Assembly: GCA_043747875.1 (NCBI GenBank)
Contig: JAYTOI010000037.1
Span: forward strand, 30-64,029
DNA length: 64,000 nucleotides
Origin: Pseudomonadota bacterium
Lineage (GTDB): Bacteria; Pseudomonadota; Gammaproteobacteria; Steroidobacterales; Steroidobacteraceae
Reading direction: 5' to 3'
Positions within the stretch are counted from its first letter, which is position 1. Every line of letters starts with the position of its first letter. The notes beneath the pieces were generated by a model that was given only the letters and a program-made list of their open reading frames with translations, had not been told where the DNA came from and made no database searches. Both the position numbers and the translations under genes were made by a program. Shown here one piece after another: positions 8,112 through 15,995 of the stretch.

Positions 8112-8612
8112 GTGCACATCCGCGCCGAGAATCCCGTCGATGCTGCTGCCATCTCGGAGCTGGTTGAACGGGCGTTCGCTTCCGGCCCCCACAGCAATGG
8201 CTGTGAGCAGTCCATCGTTCTGGAACTGCGCAGGGCCGGTGCGCTGACGGTTTCGTTGGTGGCCGTAGAGGCCGGCCAACTACTGGGACACATTGCCTTC
8301 TCGCCGGTGTCAGTGACGGATCGCTCACAGCGTTGGTACGGTCTCGGCCCTGTTGCAGTCGAGCCGTCAGTGCAGCGAACTGGAATTGGCTCGGCCCTCG
8401 TCAAAGCGGGACTCGGCCAGCTTCAGGATCTCGGCGCCGCAGGCTGCGTAGTGTTGGGAGAACCTGAATACTACGGACGATTCGGGTTCGTTCAAATTGC
8501 CAGCCTGAGGTACCCGGGACCGCCGCCGGAGTGCTTCATGGCGCAGCCCTTTGGTGAACTGGTTCCAATTGGCGAGGTTTCGTACCATGCCGCATTCGCC
8601 GCCGAGGCCTAA
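8112..8612 (+). CDS. YhbS-like GNAT N-acetyltransferase (cassette)
   Basis: Collinear with my recollection of E. coli YhbS (HIAFSPV...W.GLGP.AV.P..Q..GIG..LV..GL..L...G....VVLG.P.YY.RFGF). Confidence 0.7.
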   Translation: MHIRAENPVDAAAISELVERAFASGPHSNGCEQSIVLELRRAGALTVSLVAVEAGQLLGHIAFSPVSVTDRSQRWYGLGPVAVEPSVQRTGIGSALVKAGLGQLQDLGAAGCVVLGEPEYYGRFGFVQIASLRYPGPPPECFMAQPFGELVPIGEVSYHAAFAAEA

Positions 8613-8695
8613 CAGCTCGCTGGAGCGCGCGCGGGAGGGGTAAAGTGTCAAGCGCATTCAGCAGCGCGCGCGCTGCTCAGCTCAACTGTTAAACG
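8607..8695 (+). repeat. attC site 16
   Basis: gcctaac ... gttaaac. Confidence 0.8.
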
Positions 8696-8697
8696 CT

Positions 8698-9237
8698 ATG
8701 GGAACGCCTCCTTATCGCGCTATCGTAATTGCTCTCACGGCGGGCTTTCTCTGCGTCCGCTGTGGAGCGGGGTATCCGCCGCCGGATGGATACATTGCGG
8801 CCTGCTATGGCGGCGACTTTCGCGCGAACCTCATGAAAGGCGAACCGCTCAAATTTCAGATGCGTGTTGCGGGAGACGAATCGAAGTGGCCTGAGCTCCG
8901 AACACGCCTTATCAAAGTAGCAGCCTCACATGATCTCGAGATTTTCGACACAAGCATGGCGCCGGCGGGCCTCCGATTGTTCGAGGTGAGCCTTTGCAGC
9001 AAAAAAGGACTCTGGGTGTACGCCGATAAGAGGATCTGGGAAAAAGGCCCGGCCGATCACGAGCCAAGCATCGTCCCAATCATGCTTTACCAGTACAACG
9101 ACACGTATGAATGGAGGCCTATCGCCTCGGCACTAACGGCGGCGTTTGAAGACTGGCCGGGGAAAGTCGAGGGCAAATATCTCGAACCGGCGGTGACTGC
9201 GCCTGACAAAGCGCTGGAACGCACGCGTGCAAGATAA
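8698..9237 (+). CDS. Hypothetical cassette protein with N-terminal hydrophobic/lipoprotein-like segment
   Basis: Single ORF; attC 17-encoded tail PDKALERTRAR. Confidence 0.55.
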   Translation: MGTPPYRAIVIALTAGFLCVRCGAGYPPPDGYIAACYGGDFRANLMKGEPLKFQMRVAGDESKWPELRTRLIKVAASHDLEIFDTSMAPAGLRLFEVSLCSKKGLWVYADKRIWEKGPADHEPSIVPIMLYQYNDTYEWRPIASALTAAFEDWPGKVEGKYLEPAVTAPDKALERTRAR

Positions 9238-9289
9238 AGTGCCAAGTTCATGCAGCCTGGCGCGCGCCGCTCAGCTCATCCGCTAGAAC
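9201..9289 (+). repeat. attC site 17 (diverged cores)
   Basis: gcctgac ... gctagaa; centre conserved (aagataaagtgccaag). Confidence 0.7.
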
Positions 9290-9580
9290 GTGCTCGTGAG
9301 TCGCGTTCTACCCAAAGATCGAAACGACCGCGAAGTAAGCGTCGGCTCACGTGTGCGCGTTCTTTCGCTTTCGAAATCTTTCATGGACTCCTTACCAGCG
9401 GATGAACGAGACGACGTTACATCGATGGTTGGTCAAGTTTTCGTAGTACACGAAGTGGATGAGCACGGATTGCCCTGGGTCGAGAAAGGCTGGCACTCTG
9501 AGTCAGAAGAGAGGTACAGAAGTCATTCCCTGGCTTTAAGCCCGGCCGAACTGGAGGTCGTGGATGATGTCGCGGTCTAA
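9290..9580 (+). CDS. Hypothetical small acidic cassette protein
   Basis: Single ORF in the shortest cassette. GTG start; stop TAA in attC 18 R''. Confidence 0.5.
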   Translation: MLVSRVLPKDRNDREVSVGSRVRVLSLSKSFMDSLPADERDDVTSMVGQVFVVHEVDEHGLPWVEKGWHSESEERYRSHSLALSPAELEVVDDVAV

Positions 9581-9663
9581 CTAATCTCTGGCGCGGACGC
9601 GCGAAAGATAATGTGCCAAGCCCAAACATCTGCGCGCGCGACGCTCAGCTCAACCATTGGACG
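9575..9663 (+). repeat. attC site 18 (diverged R')
   Basis: gtctaac ... attggac; centre gaaagataatgtgccaag. Confidence 0.7.
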
Positions 9664-9666
9664 GCA

Positions 9667-10161
9667 ATGCAACACCGCACGACTCTAAGGTACACGGAAC
9701 GGCTCGTCGGTCGGGCGGTGCACCTGTATTGGCGCAAGACGGTCGGATTCGGTCTTCCTGTGGCTGGCGCACTCATGATCGCCTTCCTCACCTGGCGGCT
9801 CATTGACGGCGATCGTTCGTGGGTCGTCGGGCTGATAGCCGCGGTGGTCCTGCTCGGGGTGCTCATGCCGGTGGCCGTGTACGTCGTCCACTATCGCAAC
9901 TCCATGGGAAAATTCAGGGAAATGGCTCAGCCTGTCGCGGAACTGGTGGCAGACCAGGACGCGATCACCATCACGTCGGATCGAGGCACCAGCTCGCTCA
10001 AATGGGAGCTTGTGAAGGAAGTGTGGCGCTTTGAAACACTGTGGCTGCTTCTCTTCTCTAAATCTCAATTCGTGACCTTGCCGCTCGAAGATCTTCCAGG
10101 CTCGATGCAGGCATTCATACTCGAGCGTATCAAGGCGTCTGGCGGCAAGATTGCCGTCTGA
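9667..10161 (+). CDS. YcxB-like membrane cassette protein (2 TM + C-terminal domain)
   Basis: Two adjacent TM helices followed by a ~90-aa soluble domain, an architecture resembling the YcxB family. Confidence 0.5.
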   Translation: MQHRTTLRYTERLVGRAVHLYWRKTVGFGLPVAGALMIAFLTWRLIDGDRSWVVGLIAAVVLLGVLMPVAVYVVHYRNSMGKFREMAQPVAELVADQDAITITSDRGTSSLKWELVKEVWRFETLWLLLFSKSQFVTLPLEDLPGSMQAFILERIKASGGKIAV

Positions 10162-10241
10162 TAAATATCTGGAGCGGACGCGTGGGGGATAAAGTGCCAA
10201 GCTCATACCGAAGCGCGCGGCGCTCAGGTCACCGTTGGTGG
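10156..10241 (+). repeat. attC site 19 (diverged R'')
   Basis: gtctgat ... gttggtg; centre ggggataaagtgccaag. Confidence 0.7.
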
Positions 10242-10252
10242 CAACTAGACTG

Positions 10253-10756
10253 ATGTCGGCCGTGCGCAAATTCTTTCCCACCCGGCGTCCCGGTCCGCGC
10301 TGGGGCGTCGCCATTGCGTGCGGGCTTGGCCTGGTCGGCGCTGGCGCCCTTTTCAGTGGCAGCTTGGAGCTCCCTTTGGTTCGAAACGCGCTCGTCCTCA
10401 TCTGCATTCCGTTGGTAACCGCGGGGCTTTTCGCTCTTTTCGGCAAGGCCGTTCCGGTCGAGGCTACTCCCGAGGGCGTTATCGCGAGTCGGGGTGGCGG
10501 ACTGCGTACACGTCTGGTTCACTGGCGAGAAATCAAACGGGTGGTCGCCACGACGCGAAATGGCACACCTATATTGATACTTGTTCACGACAGTCCCTTT
10601 CCAGAGGATTTGAGCATGCTCATGCATCTGGACGACGTTTCGGAGTTTCGCGCGTTCGTTACACGTCATGCTGGCGAGCAACATCCACTCTCGCTTTGGT
10701 TAGCCGACGCGGAGCAGGCGTCTAACAAAACTCTGGAGCGCGCGCGTGCAACATAA
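10253..10756 (+). CDS. Membrane cassette protein (2-3 TM + soluble C-terminal domain)
   Basis: Hydrophobic N-terminal half; attC 20-encoded tail SNKTLERARAT. Confidence 0.55.
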   Translation: MSAVRKFFPTRRPGPRWGVAIACGLGLVGAGALFSGSLELPLVRNALVLICIPLVTAGLFALFGKAVPVEATPEGVIASRGGGLRTRLVHWREIKRVVATTRNGTPILILVHDSPFPEDLSMLMHLDDVSEFRAFVTRHAGEQHPLSLWLADAEQASNKTLERARAT

Positions 10757-10808
10757 AGTGCCAAACCCATACTGCAGCGCGCGCGGCGCTCAGCTCGGCC
10801 GTTGAGCG
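10720..10808 (+). repeat. attC site 20
   Basis: gtctaac ... gttgagc. Confidence 0.75.
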
Positions 10809-10869
10809 TCGCTTGGGCGCGGCTCGCCTCATCGCGGTGCGGAAGATCCGGAATCCGGAAGTCGCAGCT

Positions 10870-11274
10870 ATGGCAAGTGAAGCAGCGACCTTTGTCGAAG
10901 CTCACTCATGGTGCCGAGCCGTGATCGAGACGAAGCTGGCTTGAGCGGTCGCGGGCATAGTGGGCGTCTTTCACGCGCGCATTGATTCAAGCGATCCAGG
11001 GATCGACCCGGTACTTTGGGTTGTGGTGGGCGATCTCCCATCTGCATGCCTGATGCTCGACGGCAACTCTTCATGGCGTGAAGTTTTGGCCGCGTACGTT
11101 CGAGAGATGAATTTGTGGGTGGGCGCAGTGCGCATGGGCGGCAGCCTTGCCGAAGTCATCCCGGTCGCCGCCGCTCCAACAAGGGAGAATGCCGAGGCGT
11201 TGGCGTCGCGCCTCGCGTACATTCAAACCGAAATGCTCGCGGCGGATGCCGAAGCGATTGACAGTGACACCTAA
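10870..11274 (+). pseudogene. Cassette gene interrupted by an in-frame TGA (DUF4826-like?)
   Basis: ATG 10870 and the 10960..11274 ORF share one frame, separated only by TGA at 10942-10944. The downstream part reads VLWVVVGDLPSACLMLDG. Confidence 0.45.
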
Positions 11275-11309
11275 AAAATCGCGGCGGCGCTCAGCTCAAC
11301 CGTCAGGCG
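11269..11309 (+). repeat. attC site 21 (internally deleted, ~41 nt)
   Basis: acctaaaaaatcgcggcggcgctcagctcaaccgtcaggc keeps both ends of the consensus but lacks the central ~48 nt. Confidence 0.55.
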
Positions 11310-11311
11310 GC

Positions 11312-11638
11312 ATGATGGGTACGCGCAAGTATCCGGAGCCGAATGACTCGCCACTGCGCCGCGATGTCTCGCGGGCGATTACCCTTAGAGGTAAACGAGC
11401 CGCGAGCCTGCGCCTGAGCCTCTCGAAGGCGGAGTGGTTTCAACCATCTGAGACGAACGACAAGCTTTGGGTGAAGTGGTTCTGTTGGCGCCTTTTGTCG
11501 AAGAACGGCCACAATGTCACGAGTCCAAAATACGGGATATTGCATGGCGGCCTTTCGAAGCGCGTACTGGAGCGCTCCCTGTGCGGATGGTTTCCGAACC
11601 ACCGGTGCGTCATTGACGATGAAATTTCACTTTCTTAG
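11312..11638 (+). CDS. Hypothetical cassette protein (last full cassette)
   Basis: The ATG lies 3 nt after attC 21 and the ORF ends just before attC 22. Third positions are only moderately GC-rich. Confidence 0.4.
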   Translation: MMGTRKYPEPNDSPLRRDVSRAITLRGKRAASLRLSLSKAEWFQPSETNDKLWVKWFCWRLLSKNGHNVTSPKYGILHGGLSKRVLERSLCGWFPNHRCVIDDEISLS

Positions 11639-11644
11639 CTTGCC

Positions 11645-11733
11645 GCTTGACGAATCGCTGTAGCGCACACGTGGGAGATAAAGCGCCAGGTTCAAACCGC
11701 CGCCGCCGCGGCGCACAGCCCAACCGTCAGGAG
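11645..11733 (+). repeat. attC site 22 (most diverged, last full-length copy)
   Basis: gcttgacgaatcgctgtagcgcacacgtgggagataaagcgccagg...cccaaccgtcagga is collinear with the consensus. Confidence 0.6.
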
Positions 11734-11860
11734 GTTCGCACATGCCAGCGCAATTGCTGTTGTTCGGGAAAATGCCGAACTTGATCCACTCGCGGGGGCC
11801 GATCGCGAAGAAGTGTTTCAACACGACAGTGGCCGCTTCCGCGGAAGCCGCGCAGAGTCA

Positions 11861-11892
11861 GGCGTGAAAGACAAAGCGCGCAGTCATCGCCA
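11861..11892 (+). repeat. attC half-site fragment abutting the first core gene
   Basis: ggcgtgaaagacaaagcgcgcagtcatcgcc shares the 15-mer gcgtgaaagacaaag with attC 14. No R'' or R' core is recognisable. Confidence 0.4.
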
Positions 11893-11901
11893 TCGAAAAG
11901 C

Positions 11902-12294
11902 ATGACGTCTCAAATCCCTTCCGGTACCGAGCTGGCCCGGCCGTTTCTCCCCACCAAGGACTTCGAGCTGTCGCGATCCTTCTATGAGGCGCTGGGCTTC
12001 GAGAAGGTGATGGATGGAGAAGTGGCAATCTTTCGCGTGGGCCCCGGCGGCTTCATTCTTCAGCGCTACTGTCAGCAGCAGTGGGCGGAGAACACCATGA
12101 TGCAGCTCATGGTCGACGACCTCGACGCATGGTGGAAGCGCATATCCGCGCTGGATCTGCCGGCACGATTTGGTGTCGCGGCGCCCAAGCCGCCCGCGCT
12201 GCAGCCGTGGGGATTGCGCATCGCCTATCTAGTGGACCCGGCCGGAGTGCTCTGGCACGTGGCGCAGCGCCGACCAGGCGCGCCCCAGGACTGA
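11902..12294 (+). CDS. VOC/glyoxalase-bleomycin resistance family protein
   Basis: PFLPTKDFELSRSFYEALGFEKV... fits the VOC fold pattern. Confidence 0.7.
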   Translation: MTSQIPSGTELARPFLPTKDFELSRSFYEALGFEKVMDGEVAIFRVGPGGFILQRYCQQQWAENTMMQLMVDDLDAWWKRISALDLPARFGVAAPKPPALQPWGLRIAYLVDPAGVLWHVAQRRPGAPQD

Positions 12295-12334
12295 TGTTGG
12301 CGCACATGGCAAATCAGGACCGCGAGGGGCCATC

Positions 12335-12754
12335 ATGACGGCAAAAACTCCACCGAGCGGCGCGGCCGCTTCGAAGAACATCACGAAGAAGATCGACGAG
12401 CTCGGGGACTGGCGCGGCGAGGTGCTCGCGCGAGTTCGCAAGCTCATCCACGATGCGGACCCGAAGGTCCAGGAAGAATGGAAATGGATGAGCACGCCGG
12501 TCTGGTCGCATGACGGCATCGTCTGCACGGGAGAGTCGTACAAGCAGGTCGTGAAGCTGACGTTTGCGCGTGGCGCTGCTCTCGAGGACCCGCAGAAGCT
12601 GTTCAACTCCAGTCTCGAAGGCAACACGCGCCGCGCCATCGACATCCGCGAAGGCGAGGCGCTCAACGCGGTTGCGTTCAAGAAGCTGATCCGCTTCGCC
12701 GTGGACGCCAATTCGATGGCTCTGGCCAGGCGCGCGGTCAGCAAGAAGAAGTAG
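12335..12754 (+). CDS. DUF1801 (YdhG-like) domain protein
   Basis: WRGEVLARVRKLIHDADPKVQEEWKWMSTPVW...KLTFARGAALEDP pattern. Confidence 0.65.
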   Translation: MTAKTPPSGAAASKNITKKIDELGDWRGEVLARVRKLIHDADPKVQEEWKWMSTPVWSHDGIVCTGESYKQVVKLTFARGAALEDPQKLFNSSLEGNTRRAIDIREGEALNAVAFKKLIRFAVDANSMALARRAVSKKK

Positions 12755-12797
12755 GGGGAACGCCCCGAGGGCGAGGAGCTTCGCCACCCGCGCCCGG

Positions 12798-14621
12798 TCA
12801 GTCGCGCCGTTTTCCGCCCTTGGCGTATGACTTTTGCTTGCCGAAAGGCTTGGGCTTTCCAAACGCCCTTGGCTTGCCACTCGCCGGGTCTGCCCCCGGC
12901 TCAGAGCCCGGCCCCGGCCCGCGCCCCGGCGGGCCATCGCTCGCTTCCAGGTTCAACGCCTGCCCACGCACGCGCACCTTCGACAACCGGTCGATCACCG
13001 CTCTTGGCAGGTTGGCGGGCAGACGCACGAGCGAATAGTTAGGACGCACGTCGACGCCGTTGATCTGCGGGCCGGCGAGGCGCGCCTCATTGGCGATCGC
13101 GCCGACGATGTTGCCGGGCAGGACGCCATGGTTGCGCCCGACCGCGAGCTTCCAGGTGGTCTGCTTGCCGTCGTCTTCGAAGGCGTAGCCGCCATCGGAC
13201 ACCGGCGGCAGATCCGCGGCGGGCTCGTGTTCGCGACGCGGCTTTCGCGGAGCGTCGTCGTCGCGATCAAATTTTGGGGACGAGTAGGTCTGCGTGGACG
13301 CGGCCGACGCCACCGGCGCGCCTCCCTCCACCAGCGACGCCACCGCCGCGGCGATGGTCAGCAGGTCGGCGCCGGTCTCGAGTGCCACTTCCTGCACCGC
13401 CCTGCGATAGAAATCTGCGGGCGCGGCCGCGAGCGCCTCGCCGATGCGCGCCTTGAACTTGGCGAGCCGCCGGCTGTTCACGTCGTCGACGGTGGGCAAG
13501 CTCAGCGGCTCGATGGTCTGGCGAGTCGCGCGCTCGATGAGACGCAGCAAGTTGCGCTCGCGCGGCGCGACGAACAGGATGGCCTCGCCGCTGCGCCCGG
13601 CACGGCCGGTGCGGCCGATGCGATGCACATAGGACTCGGTGTCGTACGGCACGTCGAAGTTCACGACGTGCGTGATGCGCTTGACGTCGAGTCCGCGCGC
13701 CGCGACGTCGGTGGCGACCAGGATGTCTATCTTCCCGTCCTTCAACCGCGCCACCGTCTTCTCGCGCTGGGATTGCTGGATGTCGCCGTTCAGCGCCTCG
13801 GCGGCGAAGCCGCGCGCCTGCAGGCGTTCGGCCAGATCCACGGTGGATTGCTTGGTGCGCACGAACACCAGCATGGCGTCGAAGTCGGACACCTCGACGA
13901 TACGCGTCAGCGCGTCCAGCTTGTGCAGCCCGCTGACCATCCAGTACGTCTGATGGATGTTTGCCGCGGTACCGGACTTGCCCTTGATGACGACTTCGCG
14001 CGGGTTCTTGAGATGGGTCTGCGCGATGCGGCGGATGTTAGGCGCCATGGTGGCGGAGAACAGCGCGACCTGCTTCTCCTTCGGCGTCTGCGAGAGGATC
14101 GCCTCCATCGCATCGGCGAAGCCCATGTCCAGCATCTCGTCCGCTTCGTCGAGCACCACGCATCGGATGTCATCGAGCCTCAGCGTGCGACGATCCAGGT
14201 GGTCCATGAGGCGACCGGGCGTGCCGACGATCACCTGCGGTCCGCGCTTGAGCGCGTTCAGCTGCGGCACGTAGCTCTGGCCGCCGTAGATAGGCAGCAC
14301 GTGGAAGGCGGGCGTGCCGGCCGCATATTTCTGGAAGGCTTCCGCGACCTGGATCGCGAGCTCGCGCGTCGGCACCAGCACCAGCGCCTGCGGCGAGCGT
14401 TTCTTCATGTCGAGGCGCGAGAGGATCGGCAGCGCGAACGCGGCCGTCTTGCCGGTTCCGGTCTGCGCCTGGCCGAGGATGTCGACTCCCTCGAGCATGG
14501 CCGGAATGGTGGCCGCCTGGATGGGAGAGGCGGACTCATAGCCGATGCTCTTCACGGCGCGGACTACCGCCTCCGAGAGGCCTAAATCGCTGAAAAGTAC
14601 GGCTTCATTGTCAGAGGTCAT
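12798..14621 (-). CDS. deaD: DEAD-box ATP-dependent RNA helicase DeaD/CsdA
   Basis: Q-motif, AQTGTGKT, DEAD and SAT motifs, HRIGRTGRAG, and a DbpA-like C-terminal region with a basic tail. Confidence 0.9.
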   Translation of the reverse strand: MTSDNEAVLFSDLGLSEAVVRAVKSIGYESASPIQAATIPAMLEGVDILGQAQTGTGKTAAFALPILSRLDMKKRSPQALVLVPTRELAIQVAEAFQKYAAGTPAFHVLPIYGGQSYVPQLNALKRGPQVIVGTPGRLMDHLDRRTLRLDDIRCVVLDEADEMLDMGFADAMEAILSQTPKEKQVALFSATMAPNIRRIAQTHLKNPREVVIKGKSGTAANIHQTYWMVSGLHKLDALTRIVEVSDFDAMLVFVRTKQSTVDLAERLQARGFAAEALNGDIQQSQREKTVARLKDGKIDILVATDVAARGLDVKRITHVVNFDVPYDTESYVHRIGRTGRAGRSGEAILFVAPRERNLLRLIERATRQTIEPLSLPTVDDVNSRRLAKFKARIGEALAAAPADFYRRAVQEVALETGADLLTIAAAVASLVEGGAPVASAASTQTYSSPKFDRDDDAPRKPRREHEPAADLPPVSDGGYAFEDDGKQTTWKLAVGRNHGVLPGNIVGAIANEARLAGPQINGVDVRPNYSLVRLPANLPRAVIDRLSKVRVRGQALNLEASDGPPGRGPGPGSEPGADPASGKPRAFGKPKPFGKQKSYAKGGKRRD

Positions 14622-14765
14622 CGGGCGAAACTCGGAGGGCGGGCGGGGCCGAGAGTGTAGGGGCTGCGGCGCGGAATGCACGGCTTTCTGCGGGGTTTAT
14701 GTCCGCCGGCGCGACACGGTGCAGGCATTTCGCGACAGGAGCCGACGTCGTAGTCTTGGAGCTAC

Positions 14766-15284
14766 ATGAAAACTACCAACCGTCGTCCGCAGATATGCAT
14801 CCTGGGCAGCGCAGAGGAGGGGTCCGCCGCATATGACTTGGCGGGCGAGGCCGGTGCGCTGCTGGCGCGACTGGGCGTGACGGTCGTCAGCGGCTGTGGC
14901 AGCGCGGCCACCCGGGTCGCGGCCGAACGCGCGATGGCCGCGGGCGGACTGGTGGTCAGCATCATTCCGCCGGATCAGATGCCCGCGGCGGATTGGCCCG
15001 CGACGGTCGTCATTCCCTGCGGCATGGGCGATGCGCGCAATCTGCTGATGGCGCTGGCTGGAGACGCGTGCATCGTCATCGGCGGACGCGCCGGGACCAT
15101 TTCCGAAGTTTGTTTGGCGTGGCTGCACAAGCGCCCGTTGCTGCCGCTGGTCGGCCAGGGCGGCTGGTCGGATGCGCTGCCGGGCAACCCGCCCGATGAG
15201 CGCAGGCATTCGGCCATCCTTCCGTGGAGCTCGGTCGCGGAGCTCGAGGAGCAGATTCGCGCGCTGCGCCTGGCCGATGGCTAG
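14766..15284 (+). CDS. LOG/TIGR00725-like (SLOG superfamily) protein
   Basis: ICILGSA...GVTVVSG...GGLVVSIIP...GMGDARNLLMALAGDACIVIGGRAGTISEV pattern. Confidence 0.6.
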   Translation: MKTTNRRPQICILGSAEEGSAAYDLAGEAGALLARLGVTVVSGCGSAATRVAAERAMAAGGLVVSIIPPDQMPAADWPATVVIPCGMGDARNLLMALAGDACIVIGGRAGTISEVCLAWLHKRPLLPLVGQGGWSDALPGNPPDERRHSAILPWSSVAELEEQIRALRLADG

Positions 15285-15312
15285 TTTGACCGGCGAGCGC
15301 AGCTGAGGGCGA

Positions 15313-15873
15313 GTGGGCAACGACGGTTCTACCTACCTGTACTGGCTCGTCATCGGCTGCGAAGTCGCGTTCTGGGTGGTGCTGCTGCTCGCGCTCGCGG
15401 CGCGCTATCTATTGCGGCGCGACAGGCTGAGTCGCGGCCTGCTGCTGGCGCTGCCGTGCGTCGACATCCTGCTGCTGGTGTTGAGCGCGCTGGATCTGCG
15501 CGGCGGCAAGCCGGCCAGCTTCGCTCATGGCCTGGCAACCGCGTACGTCGGCTTCACCGTCGCCTTCGGTTCCCTCGTAGTTCGATGGGCCGACCAGCGC
15601 TTCGCGCATCGCTTCGCCGGCGGTCCGGCGCCGCCGCCGTCACCGAAGCACGGCTGGGCCATCGTGCGTCTGGACGTGATGCTGTGGCTGCGCGCGCTGC
15701 TGGCATGGGCGATCACCATCGCATTGCTGTTCAGCCTCATCGCCTTCATCGGCGAGGACGCGGCGACGCCGGAGCTTCGGCAGTGGTTTCACATCGCGTT
15801 CGGCTCGACGATCTTGTGGTTCGCCTTCGGGCCGCTGTGGAGTCTGCTGTTCCTGAGCTGGCGGCGCCCGTGA
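15313..15873 (+). CDS. Integral membrane protein (5-6 TM), unknown family
   Basis: Hydrophobic ORF 28 nt downstream of the LOG-like gene; GTG start. Confidence 0.55.
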   Translation: MGNDGSTYLYWLVIGCEVAFWVVLLLALAARYLLRRDRLSRGLLLALPCVDILLLVLSALDLRGGKPASFAHGLATAYVGFTVAFGSLVVRWADQRFAHRFAGGPAPPPSPKHGWAIVRLDVMLWLRALLAWAITIALLFSLIAFIGEDAATPELRQWFHIAFGSTILWFAFGPLWSLLFLSWRRP

Positions 15874-15995
15874 TGAAAGTTTTCGCTGCCCCACCGTGGT
15901 CCTAAGCCCACAGTCTTAAGACCATGCGTCACGAGCGCGGCGCGGTGTAAGCTCCAAACAAACAAGAAAGAGGAGCAAGACCCATTCCGCCGAAT

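Larger units (their letters stand above)
1..11892 (+). mobile_element. Integron gene-cassette array (distal part of a sedentary chromosomal integron; intI/attI not in window)
   Basis: 22 attC-type ~89-nt repeats plus one half-site. Each follows a small + strand ORF. All share the same R''->R' orientation, so the integrase is expected left of position 1. Confidence 0.85.

Noticed and set aside
10942-10944. The in-frame TGA in the cassette gene could be selenocysteine or programmed read-through.
   Set aside because: No SECIS-like hairpin is evident immediately downstream. The context (KLA-TGA-AVAG) does not resemble a redox motif. The cassette sits in the decaying distal end of the array, so a nonsense mutation is the simpler reading.
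461-11733. Regularly spaced ~89-nt repeats could be mistaken for a CRISPR array.
   Set aside because: The units between repeats are 370-780 bp and each contains an ORF. The repeats are imperfect and end in RYYYAAC/GTTRRRY cores with complementary inner arms. No cas genes are present. This is attC architecture, not CRISPR.
461-11733. The repeats could be REP/MITE-type intergenic elements.
   Set aside because: There is one copy per ORF, all in a single orientation, contiguous over 11 kb, and the integron core sites sit at both ends. Full-length dispersed copies elsewhere in the window are limited to one (37431-37518), which also follows an ORF. The genome-wide distribution still needs checking.
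12834-14585. Very long antisense or alternate-frame ORFs. Examples: 12834..14585, 17196..18437 (5' part), 23583..25337, 24263..25819, 30914..32134, 31047..32792, 33933..36272, 47007..48056, 48020..49312, 49429..51750, 51203..52897 and 59541..60386.
   Set aside because: They overlap genes with clear family signatures on the other strand or frame. Their Arg/Ala/Gly/Pro-rich compositions are typical of shadow ORFs in high-GC DNA.
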